DNA from: Glycera tridactyla
Lineage: Eukaryota
DNA: 64,000 bases
Assembly (NCBI GenBank): GCA_965644265.1
Contig: OZ286474.1
Location: 57,288,001 to 57,352,000, forward strand
Reading direction: 5' to 3'
Below, piece after piece: positions 9,234-22,880 of this stretch. A program made the position numbers and the translations under genes. Under the pieces are notes generated by a model that saw nothing but the letters and a program-made list of their open reading frames with translations, searched no databases and was not told where the DNA came from. Position 1 is the stretch's first letter, and every line of letters begins with the position of its first letter.

Positions 9234-11539
9234 TTTCGATGATGATGAGTGATTTTACATATCAGGATTCTTATAAATGGCTCTCGCAGTACGCATAGAA
9301 AACCAGAAAAAAGGTCAATGGCGCAAATAAGACATCTAGACAAATGCATTCTTGTGAAAGTCTCATAAGTTAGAATCAGTAGTAAATGGACCTGCCTTGA
9401 TATACTCATCTCTTTCGACGTCCTGTTATTATTCGGGTGGTCATGGTTTTTATTGAACACTTTTTTCGGATGTCTTGAAAAGAAATTGGCGTGTCTGAAG
9501 AATAGACATCATCAGGCATTCCGGCTCAGTTGGAAAAGTCCGAATATCTCTTTCAGCTTTTGAAGTTGTGTTACCATTCGTCTGTCTGGCTGTCTGTCGG
9601 TGAGTGTGGCTTTCAATTTGCCTCAATTGTCTTTTCTCTGTCTCTTCCCTCGTTTCCTCTACGCTCTCTTCTCCTCGCCGTCTCTTGGTCCGTTGATGAA
9701 AAAGCTAACACCCAAACATGTCTTGTGGAGAAACACAAGACGAAATGTTTTTCAATCTTCGCGAGTTACCTCCATCGTGCCAAAAGTTGAGCCATACGGC
9801 CATTTTTAGGGACGTTTCCCTATTTTACGACACTGAACCTATAATGTCACGAATTTCTCCATTTCTGACTGTCTACAAGGTGCTATTTTAGAATATATTC
9901 GTGAAACTACGAGCCATACATATTAGTTCACATGACCCAACAACATGCTCCAAGCCACACAGCCTCGATCACATTCGGCTGCATCGTTTCAGACATATGA
10001 AATAAATAAATGTGGTCATCTATATCGAACATAATGTGTGTTGACTTCGTACTATCACTTATCTACATGTTACGCAACCAGCACAGAGAATGTATGTACA
10101 ATGTAATGTTATGAATGAAATGTCATACAATTTGATCAGAGATAGAGTTCCACGAGCGTCTGATCATGTATGATTTGCATGACTCGAATTGTCGAAGATA
10201 TGGTATTGTTATCTACTGATGTTGTCCCCACACATGTTCATGTTCACTGTGTAAGGCAGTCGCCAAACAAAACTGACCTGTTGGATGGTATGTGAACCAA
10301 TCACATGCTCACAGGGTAAACACTGTGATTGACAGTCTGTGAATTCCTTAACATTTCACTTTCGTTGAAGACCCCGAACAATGAGTCTTGAATGATCCTA
10401 CCCATGCCCATCGCACAACCAACCAACCATCAACCTGCACGTATTATGCTAGATGCGGCACATTATCTGATCTACTTAAACTAGATTGGTCATTGATTGA
10501 TTATGCCACATGGAAGTGTGTGGTCATGCGGAAATACTCATGGAATTCTGCTAAAACACTGCATAGTTTCCCATATTCCAGCTGAACGTTGAGTTCACAC
10601 CTGCCATGTTCCCATGATTCCATCGCCCAACATATCCCCCTACCTTCCGATAGAATTCCCCAATCCCAACTATGACCTAATATACCATTGTTTTTCAGAG
10701 CGCTTCATATTTGTAGTATTGTTGGTGACAAGAGCGCTCCCAAATCTGGTAAGTGAGTGGCTCTATGCAGATGATTGAGCACCTGGCTGCTTTACCAGCT
10801 TAGTGAGCGGATGTCATGGAAAGGATTGGGCATCGATCGATAGCTTGCACAACTAATCTGGTTATGGCTTGGATCCAAAGCCTCCTCCGACATTGAAGGT
10901 CTATTCGCAAGTATGGAATGGCGCACGTTCGGCATCATGCCAAATTTCTGTGACATATCCCATAGCATTCTTTGTGATATGTAGGGCTGGTGATAGGCCG
11001 GAACAACGTTAAGAATCATCTCCAAATACTCATCATGCTTGCATCGATTAGATGATATTCGAAACCCATGCCCTTTAGAACTATCATCGGCAGTACTTTT
11101 GAATGACCAACGTGAACGTTGGCATCATGTCAATTTTGAATGAAATGAAAGTAGCATGTCCATATGTCATCATCGCTGATGTATATCATAAAATCGCGAA
11201 AAAATGATACGATCCTTCATCAGAAATTGTCAAGGGAGGCGGGAAGTTGCAGTATGTGAGTGGTCGTATTTGTGGAGGGATATAGGAGAACGAAAAAAAA
11301 AGATTCATGCCATTTCCTTTTTGTTAAACATAAGTCAAAATCCGTCCAATCAGACTTGTTTCAGTTAAAAGTGCAGAATATCAAAATGGACCAGTTCATG
11401 GCGTCAACGTCCGTCAACAATGGTCACGTTCACTGTCTGGTTAGGAAAGACATTAGGAATCTGATCATGTGCAAAGCATACACAGGTTGACAGCGTGCAT
11501 GTCATCTATGACATGGTGGAGTCTGGTAGCCTGGAGTCA

Positions 11540-11900
11540 TAAAAAGAGGGAGAAAGAGTGAGATAAAGGCCAAAGGAGCTGGAGAGAAAGAGAGAGAGAG
11601 CAGCTGAGAGATAGATAAGAAAACACAGAAAGACCGCGACATACATAGACACACATGCACAGGCAGACACATTGACAAACACACATACGGACTCATATAT
11701 AGATGGACAATAACACACAGAGCAGGCAGTCTAATTGAACGGAGATTTTGACATAGAATAGGAAGAGATGGGGGGAAGAAGAGGATTTGATGAGGGTAGA
11801 CAGGAAAGAAACGAGCGAGGGTGACAGGGAGGAAATGGGCGAGATATAGATGAAAAGAGATAGGAAGTACAAACGTGGGAATAGGGGAAGGACGACCATT
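11540..11900. repeat. Degenerate purine-rich (GA/GACA) low-complexity tract
   Basis: GAGA/GACA/GGAA-rich composition; overlapping ORFs are low-complexity. Confidence 0.75.
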
Positions 11901-12257
11901 CATGTGATCAGGTTATATGTGACTGCAAATGGTGGCAGTTGAGAAGCGTCCAGTCAGTAATCATGTCCCCATAGTGTATCTGAACATTACCATATCATCT
12001 ATTGCATATGATCTGAGAACACTATGTCCGACTCTACCATGAACTGTTAGACTGTCTCGCCTGGTAGTAAACTCGAGCCCGGCAAAATCAATCAACGGAC
12101 ATGCATAAATAGTCCATTTTCAATCCTGAATCTTCTGTTGTTGCAAGTTATCTCTCCTCTGATGGTGTAATCTTCGCAAATATCTGGAAAATAATATTTG
12201 TTCATGCGACAGTTTAAGAGAAAAATATGGAGGTCTTTTCCCAATTTTGTGATTATC

Positions 12258-12465
12258 CACTGTCAAACATTTTGAAAAGTCACTGATGAGGCTTTTGGAC
12301 ATACTGTCTCTCCACACTGTTTCTTCTTCGCCCCGAGCGTACCGAAAGATAGCAATTTCAAACACTGTCAAACATTTTAAAAAGTCACCGATGAGGCTTT
12401 TTGGACGTACTGTCCCTCAACACTGTTTCATCTTCGCTCCCTAGCATACCGAAAAATAGCAATTT
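12258..12465. repeat. Tandem duplication, 2 x ~105 bp
   Basis: CACTGTCAAACATTTT...TAGCAATTT at 12258-12358 and again at 12363-12465, with scattered substitutions. Confidence 0.9.
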
Positions 12466-12835
12466 GCCAGAAAGAACACCAGATCCCAGGGTATATTTGT
12501 CTGTTTTTTCCATACGCACTGCAAGCGAACAGGTTGAATGTCATTGAATAGAAGCATGGGGTGCGCTAATGTTTCTTCTGATGGCCCCAGAGATGCCAAT
12601 CGGAAGTGTAGCATTTAGATTTATTCAGCCACAGTCGTTCTGCACTGAGGCATGTGGTGGCGATGGTGGTAGTGACAAGGATATGATGACACCTGGTCGC
12701 GTATAGGCGATGGTATCTAGTGGTTTTGGAAGTATTGGTGTGATGGGAACTTTCATGTTCATGGATTTGATGGTCCCTATACGTATGATGGTTTGATCAG
12801 ACATGTTGTTTCTGTCGTCGTCATTGTCATCACTG

Positions 12836-12855
12836 CCGCCGCCGCCGCCGATGAA

Positions 12856-12906
<51 letters not shown>

Positions 12907-12945
12907 AATAATGATGATAATAAGGATGATGATAATGGGGATGAT
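12836..12945. repeat. (GCC)4 + (ATG)n trinucleotide microsatellite
   Basis: Direct read. It explains the poly-M/I/S ORFs in the track. Confidence 0.95.
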
Positions 12946-15900
12946 GAAGTGGCCAGGGCCCAAGTCCTGTGAATATATATCCTTGGACCTAGAATAAACA
13001 TACAAATGAGAACGGTTGGTGACGTGGCGGGGTCTCATCGGCATATTGACAATGTTATTTTTGCTCTCCGAGCACCTTGATGTCCAAGGGCTGTACACCA
13101 AATAGGCTCATATATACGAACCATACCATAAGCACTCTCACAGATATCCTCAAACGAATGCATACAAAACACATAGTATAAAGCTGACGTATTCCAATTT
13201 TGTCATATAACACATATGACTCCCAAGCTTCATGCCCACTATTACATGAAATTGATCGGGATTGTGGAGTACTCGGAATATTATTACATACAATGCAAAT
13301 GGGCTCTCGCCATATTGCATCGTGATACTTGCTATGCATTCATGCTTATCAGATGAATATGGAGATGTAAGGTGATGTAGCCTCATGAAGCCCTGTGCCT
13401 TCTTTTCCCATTTGAGATAAGGTATACTATATATCTCTGAAACACTGATGTTTGAGTTGAGAGCATTTCAATCATCCTATTCGATCTCGATCAATGCATG
13501 TATGTTGAAACTATAATCATGAGAAATGATGACAGCTCATAACTGGGAGCTTTTTATGTGATTGACCGATTGATTTATGAATATGTTCAAGCTGCTTTGA
13601 ATTCTTGAAGATTGGTATTGATTCCCTATTAATTCCCGGGTCACATAGTATCCGATCTGCTTTTACAATATTCGACTATGGTATATAAGAACGTTACCAA
13701 CCTGTCGGCTGATCAATGGCCTGACCTATGGAATATAGAGGATACATATATAAACACGTTATAATGCAACTCGATTATACCTACTTGTCCTGTGTTTGTC
13801 CAGCCATGTGCTAATATAAAATGACGACTGGAGTTACTAGAGCAATTACTCAACATGCAGATATGGATTCCAACGTAATTGATTGTTCGACTTTCAATAC
13901 ACTATCGTCGAAATAAACGGTATTAAAAAAGATCTCTGCAGCCAATTGATATGTCATGATCAGGGTAGTCGAGTAGCTAATGGCACGAAACTATTGCTCG
14001 ATTTGTATGTTTCAGTAGACACGTAAAATGCTCATTAATCCTGGATTTTTGTTGAGATCTCTACAAGAATCGATTGCGTGGAGATTTTTCCCCCTGCTAA
14101 CTGTCACAAAGAACGAGTCTTCAATCGAATGCCATTAGGCTAGCTACTTAACCAGGTTCAAATTACGTTCCCACTCGCATTTATTACCAACCCCCACTAC
14201 AAACTGTGCACTTTGCCAGTGATATAACTTCGTCATTCTCTTATTGCCCCGATTGGTCTCGACATAATTGCTTCACTGATTGCACTCGGAAATCGTTTCT
14301 CATTATCTCGTCAATATAAGATGCTTACTACAATTTACCACACCATATCGCCGCCTTCATAGCCCTATGCCACGTCAAGTCTATCGAGTGTTTGAATCTC
14401 TCAAAATCTAACCTTCCCTCATGTAGATGGTAGGGCTTCTGAATAATCCAATTCCCTGTCCTACCATAGAAATACACAGGTCGTAGCTTTGCGGTATCGA
14501 AATAACGAGTGACTACAAACCGCCATCACGGACAGAGGAAGAGAGGTCAGGATCCTGTGAAAGAGCTCCGTCAAGATTGGTCATCGCATACCAAAAAACT
14601 ATAACATCAGTTTCTGTGTGTGATTAGATGAAATGAAATGCATCATTAAGAATGAGTAATGATTGATGAATTTACCAGAAGTGAAATTATCATGCTCATC
14701 AACATCACTGCTTTGCTGCTGTTTTCATCGCGGATACATCTACTGTTTTCCAAACGAACAAAATCAGATAATCATCATTGTCAGTGATTTGTCTGAAGGT
14801 TTCATTCCTCTCCACAGATGCTGATCGATATAGAATGGTGAATTAAAGTCACACCCTGCATTCCTCCGACCACTGACATTGAATCTGTGGCAGAAATGTG
14901 TCAAATTACAGAATATGCTGACATCAACACATTTATACAATAGATAGGATCTCCATTCGATACATGTCAATTTCGATACTCATCACATCCTGCGAAATTG
15001 GGATCAATTCCCGTATTGACTTTCTGAGCAAATCAATGACTTTGTTGATTATGTAAGCCAGTGGCTTTGTTTAGTTTCTCTGGCTTTGACGAGAGTAGAT
15101 ACAGGCCTGGTAAAGTTGGTTTCAAGATAGCATCTATTCTTCACTGAAGTTGTAGGTCAGATTTCATCTACCGATTGCATGTTCTCTCATTGAACTTCCA
15201 TATATCTTCCGAATTGCACTGAGTAGCCTGTTCGTTCCAAGTGGAATAGCACTGAAGATGGACGCCTAGCAACGCCAGGTATTTCCTGTTCTTTCTGCGA
15301 GGAATGATTCGATCAAAGTCGTCAAGTGCGAATGATATTTGATACCAAGATTGAATTCAATGGTAGGACAGATAAACCTCATAAGAATGCGTATTGCTGC
15401 AAACACTCACATCAAAATATATCTCACATTATGATGTGAGGAAGCTGTACGGATACTCTCACTCAAATGTGATTTTTTCACCCAAGTCTGATATCTGAAT
15501 ATCAACAACAAACTAATGTGAATCAATATCGAACTGGTTTCACCTGCCTGCATTTTTCAAGAAGTCCCCAAATCCCATGCTCGTATAATCCCGCAGTGCA
15601 TGTACATAATACTTCTCTTCTATCCTCTATCTAGCCTTTGTTCTTTATATGGAGTGTGTATGCTCGAAGGATCAGCGTGCAGGTTTGATACCATGAAGGT
15701 ATCTCGCTTGAGTAACGGTAAATGAGAGATATTCATTGAACAATGATACAGCCTTGTTCTATGAGCCGTCTGGACATAATACACGATATAATGATCACGA
15801 TCATGAGCAAAATATCCACTATCTGCGTGATGGTAATCTGAAGCATTCGAATAATTTGAATCGGGAGAAAGGTCCAGATTCGGAGCAATGAAATGGTATA

Positions 15901-18900
15901 TCTTGAATATTTCTGTGTTATGTCTTTTTTACTCGTCTGAAACAAATCATCACTATCTACTCGCAAGATAGAACTGTATCTATGATTGATGGATTAGCAA
16001 TGAATTGTTGGTATCAGTTATTCAGTGGTTGATACCGCCCCGGCAGGCAGCCTCATGAGGTGATTACCAGATGCTACGTATTATTGCAGCCTATGATGGA
16101 AAGGTAAACAACGAAACGGTGAAAGAACCTTAGATAAATATTAGTATAGCTGTGGGTATGAATGCGAGCTTAACGGTTATTGTGTTATTCTGAGTAGTGC
16201 AACTCTTTCGTTGATTAAATCCTGCTAACGGCTTATATCTGTGGGGAATTACTGTCAAATAAGGTGCAATTATATCCACGAGAATTCCTACTCATGTCCT
16301 CATACGATAGTGTGTGCATCTCACGAACGAAACAGGTGCAGCCACTATGTATCTTATATGATGATGGACATGATTCATTCACAGATCGGAGACCTGGACC
16401 ATTACGTTGATTTATCTGTGTTTTCTTGCAAGAGCCACCTCAGTGTGGGGGTAATTGTGCAAAAATCTCTGTACCCTACCATCCTCCTCAACTCAGGCGA
16501 GTGGATGTGAGAATATGTCTCTGTAATGGGGGCCAACATCTCCAATCATCAGCCATTATGAAGCTATTGGTCCTTGCAGGTAAGTCATGGATGTGGGATG
16601 TATATCACCCAGGAAGTTGAGGAAGCCTCATAGCTGGATATGCCATTCAAAGTATGCGATAATGTATGCATGGAGACCAGAATTCTGCACTTTCTAACCC
16701 AATTACTCGCTCAAACCGGCACGAACTATGATGGTGAATACAAATGTTTGTCTTCCATGCAAGCAAGCAGATCCGTATGCTCTGAGCCGGTTCCCCTTTG
16801 TCGAACCTTCCATTTACACAAGGAACATTGAGAGTCTTAATCTGCCAGGATGAGATACCAGTATTATCAGGCTGACATCCACTCAAGCGTAGCAATTATC
16901 GTTTGCCCGACGCAGTGAAGAAGAAGCTAAGCCTCAGTTCGGCAAAAAACCTTCTAACCTCGCAAAATAAAGCCCACTGGGGTTCCTTGAAAATTCTAGA
17001 TAGGCCAGAAGTCATCCTCGTATCGAGATGAATAGCATACACGGATACCGGAACCTTTGCTGAAATTGGTTGACCAAATGCACGAAGCTTCCTCTGTTAG
17101 TATTATTTTGAGACTAATGTGTAAAGCATTTTATCCTCATTGCATAATCGTGCCACTATTAGTCTTTTACGCCGCAGTGATCAATAAGGCAATCTCATTT
17201 GTACAGTGGCAAGAAGTCATACTGGTATAGGATATATATCAACACCCGCACGAATTGAGTGTCACGAAATCATTACGTATTGAGGTCTCCTGGTATCACC
17301 TGAGCTCCAGTACGCCCACATTCTTCGCTGATGGCCCAATCGGATGTATATGACATGGTGGCTTGCTACGGCTTCGTGGCTCAGAACATGTACAATGTAA
17401 TTGAGATTCACCTTTGTATCTATAGAAAGGGACATTTCACAACAATCCCCTGGCACCGAGCATTTCTCTACACTATTGATAACAACCGAAAGCTAGCTCT
17501 TCTTATATAATTTATAGATATGCATGATAGAATTAGATGTTGGTTCCTTGGCATTCAACGAGCACCATTAAAGACGCCCATGAAATGGGCATGAATCGGT
17601 TCATTCCAGACTACTTTTGCTTCTCACATGATAGCTGGAAATCCATGAACGTCACAGATTCTCAACGTGTCACTTTTGAGCAAAGAATACTCCACTTGTT
17701 ATTGGGAATATGTTGATGAAGATACTTATATCGCTTTCTTGCAAGCGAGTTATCATTGACGGTATTGTTAGTTGCAATAATGATTCAATTATCATTGTAC
17801 TCATGCTCGGTTTAATTCTCTTTCTGTTGTAGGTGTGTATACCATTACGAGTAGTGCAGATGCTGAAGGTGGTGAGATTGTGCGATATGCATCTCACCAT
17901 ATGGGTCAGGTAGACTGGTTCGGTTCATGTTTGCTTGCATGTATCACCCAGAAGAATTACGCCTGCCATGTGTTCATTGTCATTTGAATTTTGAATTTGA
18001 ATGCAAGCCAGGTGTCTAATATCCGGCAGACATCACTTTCATTACCCTCAACACAAGATGAAGAGGGACTTCGAATTATCTCAATCAGAAGAAGCTGACA
18101 GTTAAAACAGCCCTATTCATATCTGACATGGGCATTCTGAATGGCATATCCTATTATATGACTGGCCGGCAGCTGGTAGAAAAATATACTAATGATGAAG
18201 TGGTGTTAAACTTGAAAAGAATTTGAGTCACGCCCTTGCTTGTGATAACAATACCAGAGTCAATGTTGACTTGGTTGTAGCATAGTTGTTATTTCAAAAC
18301 AATAACATCAGTTATGTAGTGACATCGGTAAAGGGAGTGAATCCATCAATTGACTTATCATCTCCATCATCCTATTGACTAATCATCCTGATGCCGATGA
18401 CGATGGACTTTCGGTATTCCGGAAGTCAGGCATTCATGATCCACGAATTCCGTAGTATTTCATCTACTTGGAAAGTGATAATTCGAGTCTGGTGCGAGTG
18501 ATTTAGCAAGAAGCGAGGGTTATTGAGGTACTTGATGACTATTTATCTCCAGTGATATGATGTTTACAAAGACATGTGCAAGCAGGCTCGTGAATGTGTG
18601 TGGGGTGGGGCTCTAATTAATAAGTCGTGCAATGTATTTGAGATACAATACCCACATTCCACGCTATTTGCCAAGCCATGTATACCACGGTTTACTCTTT
18701 TGATTGGCACAGAAAACACTCTGATATTGGCGTCAGTCCCAGAACACCATAGTCATATCTTGCCTTTTCGTTTTGGTATTGCTGAATCCCTCCTATCTTT
18801 GTATTTGATGCAGCCGAGTATGTGTATGAATTGACAGATACTCACTATCTAGAATCATTGCATTGATGTCACAATGATGGAGTTCTCATTGATGAGGAGC

Positions 18901-21900
18901 ACAGTGAATGCTGAATTTGACAGATGCCATCAAATTCCAACCTATCAATCAAACATGCAAGAAACCAGATCTCCCTACCTTCTCCACTCATATTCTCAAT
19001 TCTCGCTGCAACTCCTAACCTTTCTCGGCCCGTCTTACCATGTCATCATAATAGAGACAGGAACCGGTCACATTCCATCTTTCCCAAAGAACAACTGCAA
19101 AACGGTTTGTTACTTGCTCACAATTCCGACACTGAAGACATTGCTAACAGTGTCAACGAGGGATCTGCCGTGCCGCAACCAGCTGGAACTCGGCAGAGAC
19201 GATGCCAAATCCTGGACCCGTCTGCACAATCATTTTGTGGTCTAATGTCATGACCAATTCAGAGAATATCGATTGACGTTTCAATCCCCGCTACAAGAAA
19301 AATTAGCAGAGAGTCATAAAAATTAATTGAATCCATGCCATCATATTGATCCACATTAGCTTTCAGGTTTATAGTAGTTGCCCTCAATTTTATCATCCAT
19401 TATGGACCTAGTTGTGGTTGGATAAGTTTCAGGTTAACTTGCTTATGAACATCGCGTTGATGTCACAATAAAGCTTTATCGGGCATGAGACCACCTACGG
19501 CCGGAAGTAACTGGCCATGATGAACGTAGCCATGGAACCTTTGCATCAGCGTCTCAGCATAGCCAAGTTCGTTCTAACGACAAATTGAACAAAAGCCAGC
19601 CACTATGTGCCAACCTGATTCCTGGTGTACGACTAGGATGAATATTTCTTTCCCAAACACAAAGTTGGTCATGTAAAAACTAATTATCGTTGCCATGATA
19701 CCGATAAGAATAGTTCAGATACCTGAGATATTTCCTTACGATCTCCTTTCCATAGCGCATGTATGTCAGCATAGCCTGGGAAAAAATTGTGTTTGGTAGA
19801 ATATATAAGCTGACATTATCTCCATTCATGGTAGTAAAGACATTGAAAGTGGGACTGAGCTCCATCTGGAAATAGGTCAAGCAGACTCGGCAGGCAGAGA
19901 AGATCTGGAATACTCCATGCTCAGCAATTCTCTTAAGCATAACAAACATACTGAAGTGTGAAATTCCCACAAAAATCACCCATCGATATCGAGTAGCACA
20001 TATGATTGCTGTAAATTGACAATTTTCAGCTGCATAGGAAATTGTAAAGCTATATAGTGACCCATAGTATGGGATATACACGGATCTGTAAGAGTCGTGG
20101 GCATATTGACACAGACTTATTACTCTTCTCTGCGTATACACACGCACGTCTGTAGTACTCGGGGAATATTAGCCCTTCTGTAGACTCGGCCCTCTGATGA
20201 GTTTGCTCAGAAGCCTCTCCGAAAAACACATCTCATTCACTCACTGACTCTAACATCCCCATATCAAACAACCACTTGTTCTCACATGTATTACATATTT
20301 CTGCATCCGTAGTAGGTCAAGCTACGTAAAGGCAATGAGAATCAGCAAAGGTCTTTCAAGCATGACCGGTGCTTGGCGCGCAAGGAGAAGAAAACCTAGA
20401 TGGGAATTATACAAGTGAAGGAGAAGTTGGATGCGATAAAGTGTTAATGTGCGTTAAAACTAGTGAGACAGGATATGAGGAATGAGAAAAAAACAGTTGC
20501 TCCATATAAACACGGGATAACACTTAACAGTCTCCATAGTCATCGTTCCGACGTGAGTCACCTTCAGATCGGTGGCCCAGTTTCTCTGAAGATCATCATC
20601 AGGAGCGGTGTTTGTCTATTCGTAGACAATATAACTTCAAGGTGAATCGCTTCACCTCCAGCGCTAACCCGAACCCATAAGTGGTAATGCCTGTTGTGTA
20701 CTTGTTGAGGTATATATAAACCGACTAAGGTGTTATTTCTGGTGGAAACCATATGAAATCAGGTAGCGTAGTGGACAATCCGATGACATGAAAAATCATA
20801 GAAATACCAGGTCGAGCAATCGCTGCCAACTGGGCAATGCTAATATGCACTCGATGGATCAAGACAGGTTCTCGGATACCATCTACTTTTCACAATAATT
20901 CAATACCCCCTCCCGTTAACAGCTGAACATCGTGAGATCCCATGAAAGTACCTCTTCAGCTCTGGTCAATGTTTTCCACAAGACAATATCCCACAAGGTA
21001 ATTCCTCTAGACTCCAACCATATACCATTCAGCACATCATCAAATGGTCCTGGAAAACCGTATTCATGCAATGTCTTAGGTGGTCTGGTTGAAGATATTT
21101 TGAACAAACTCACCCTGCTGCCAGCGTGCAGCCTGCCAGCGGTGATTTTGATAAAAGATGCGTCAAGTCTATTACCACAATAGACGTGTTGTAAGTGACA
21201 GCTGTCAGGCGGAGATAATTGATTTATTGGATACCCGGTGACTGAGCTATCCCACTAATTCTTCTAATCAGCATCATCTTGTCAGAATGACGATGCTGAC
21301 GCTGCACTGGTATACATTCAGAATACATTTACCGCATCTGAACCTGTCTATCCACCAGGATATACTCGAACAAAAGCGGGAAGCACTAAATATATCGCAG
21401 AACGTTACCATCCCAAATCGACACAATTTGAAAAAGTGTAAATAACAGAAATGACACCTTGAGTGTTCGGGAAATTCACTCAAAGTTACCTCCGTTGAGA
21501 CGTAGTCTTGAATGATCTTACTCATTCCTATTTCATCGGCGTTCAGATATTGCTCACAAGACGTCAAACAACTATAGTCTTCTCACGAGGAAATCTGTCG
21601 ATGACGAAGAGCGACGGTTGAGTGGTTTATGATTGCTTAGCGACAATTTAATCTAGTAGAACTCAAAATTGAATCTAGAACATGGGGCTTAGTTTGATAT
21701 GTCTCATACGATATTCTCATGTCTCATGAATTCCTGCATATCATCGTGGAAAATGCTATTCATTCGATAGCCAGAATAGTTATACAGCTTCTTTGAAGCA
21801 TATTCTCAATGCAGATTCGATCTATGTGTCAATACAGAGCGGGTAAGCCAGACTGTGAGCTACGGGTGTAGTAATGATTCGTGTATGCAACTGGAGACAA

Positions 21901-22640
21901 GCTTGTTAAGTCTGCCTACATCACTATTATGTAGCGGGTATGGGCTGATAATTGCAGGGTTATATATGAGCCAACCTCAAGCCAGACAACGCCTCCATCA
22001 TCACATCACATTAGATCAAATGCCTACACAGATCACTGAAGATGCCCCTACCACTTCTCCGCTTTTTTTCTGGTGACAGAATTCAGTATAATTGCACATC
22101 ACTTCAACTTTATGTTTTCTGTGAGGCATATGACCCTCAACTGCTCTTTATTACCTGCTAAATATAAGATATTTTTAGCTAAAATATAAGATATTTTTTA
22201 GCTAGAATATCCTGGATGCAATACCCAGTTCTGCCCGGATGAAGACAAACACTATTCTAGCATCAAGTGTCTGTGATTGCTGAAACCAGAGTGGTTGACC
22301 ATGCAGTTTATTTCTTTTGAGCATTTGTCAATCAATGTGATATTTTATCACGGGGCCATGTTGCGTGGTATGATATCTGAGAATAGCACGACCTGGCTGG
22401 CTCATATGTGAATGCAGTTGATAGGTATTCGTGATAGCCCATTGGAGTGGGATCTGCCAAGTCTGACTCGGGACCGCGATGTCAAACTTACATGAGACCG
22501 TTAAAACCTGAGATAATATAAATTGTCACGCCTCAATCCGTTCTGTATCCTACCAGTGTCTCTATGATTACTCCAAGTGAGATGCTCAGTCAAACGCAGC
22601 ATCCATTAATTGGCCTTGAGTAGGTTCCAATGGAATGGGC

Positions 22641-22880
22641 AATAATGATAACGATAATGATGATGATAATGATAATAATAGTGATGATGATAATATTAAT
22701 GATAATGAGGAGGAGAAGGATAATGATAGGGATAAGAATAATCATAGTAATAATCATAAATATGATACAAATAGTGATAATGATAATCATCATTATCTTT
22801 ATCATCAGTATATTTTTATTGAAACCATCCTCATTATAGTTATTTCTATTATTTCTGTTATTATCATCATTATTTTCATC
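22641..22880. repeat. Degenerate (AAT/GAT)n tract
   Basis: Direct read. Confidence 0.9.

Noticed and set aside
9720-9741. Short perfect hairpins here and at 2144-2162 and 51570-51588
   Set aside because: The stems are only 8-9 bp with no Helitron CTRR end or terminator context.
12625-13101. Poly-Ile/Ser/Met ORFs, and similar ones at 22590-22904, 53625-54162 (mucin-like poly-Thr) and 56472-56808
   Set aside because: They are translations of trinucleotide microsatellites, with no splice or domain support.
15050-15480. RT-like peptides on the minus strand (LIESFLAERT; LLGVHLQCYSTWNEQ)
   Set aside because: The motifs are ~20 nt apart in different frames, whereas they are over 100 aa apart in real RTs, and no YADD/QG motif is present. 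An ancient LINE remnant is possible but cannot be supported by eye.
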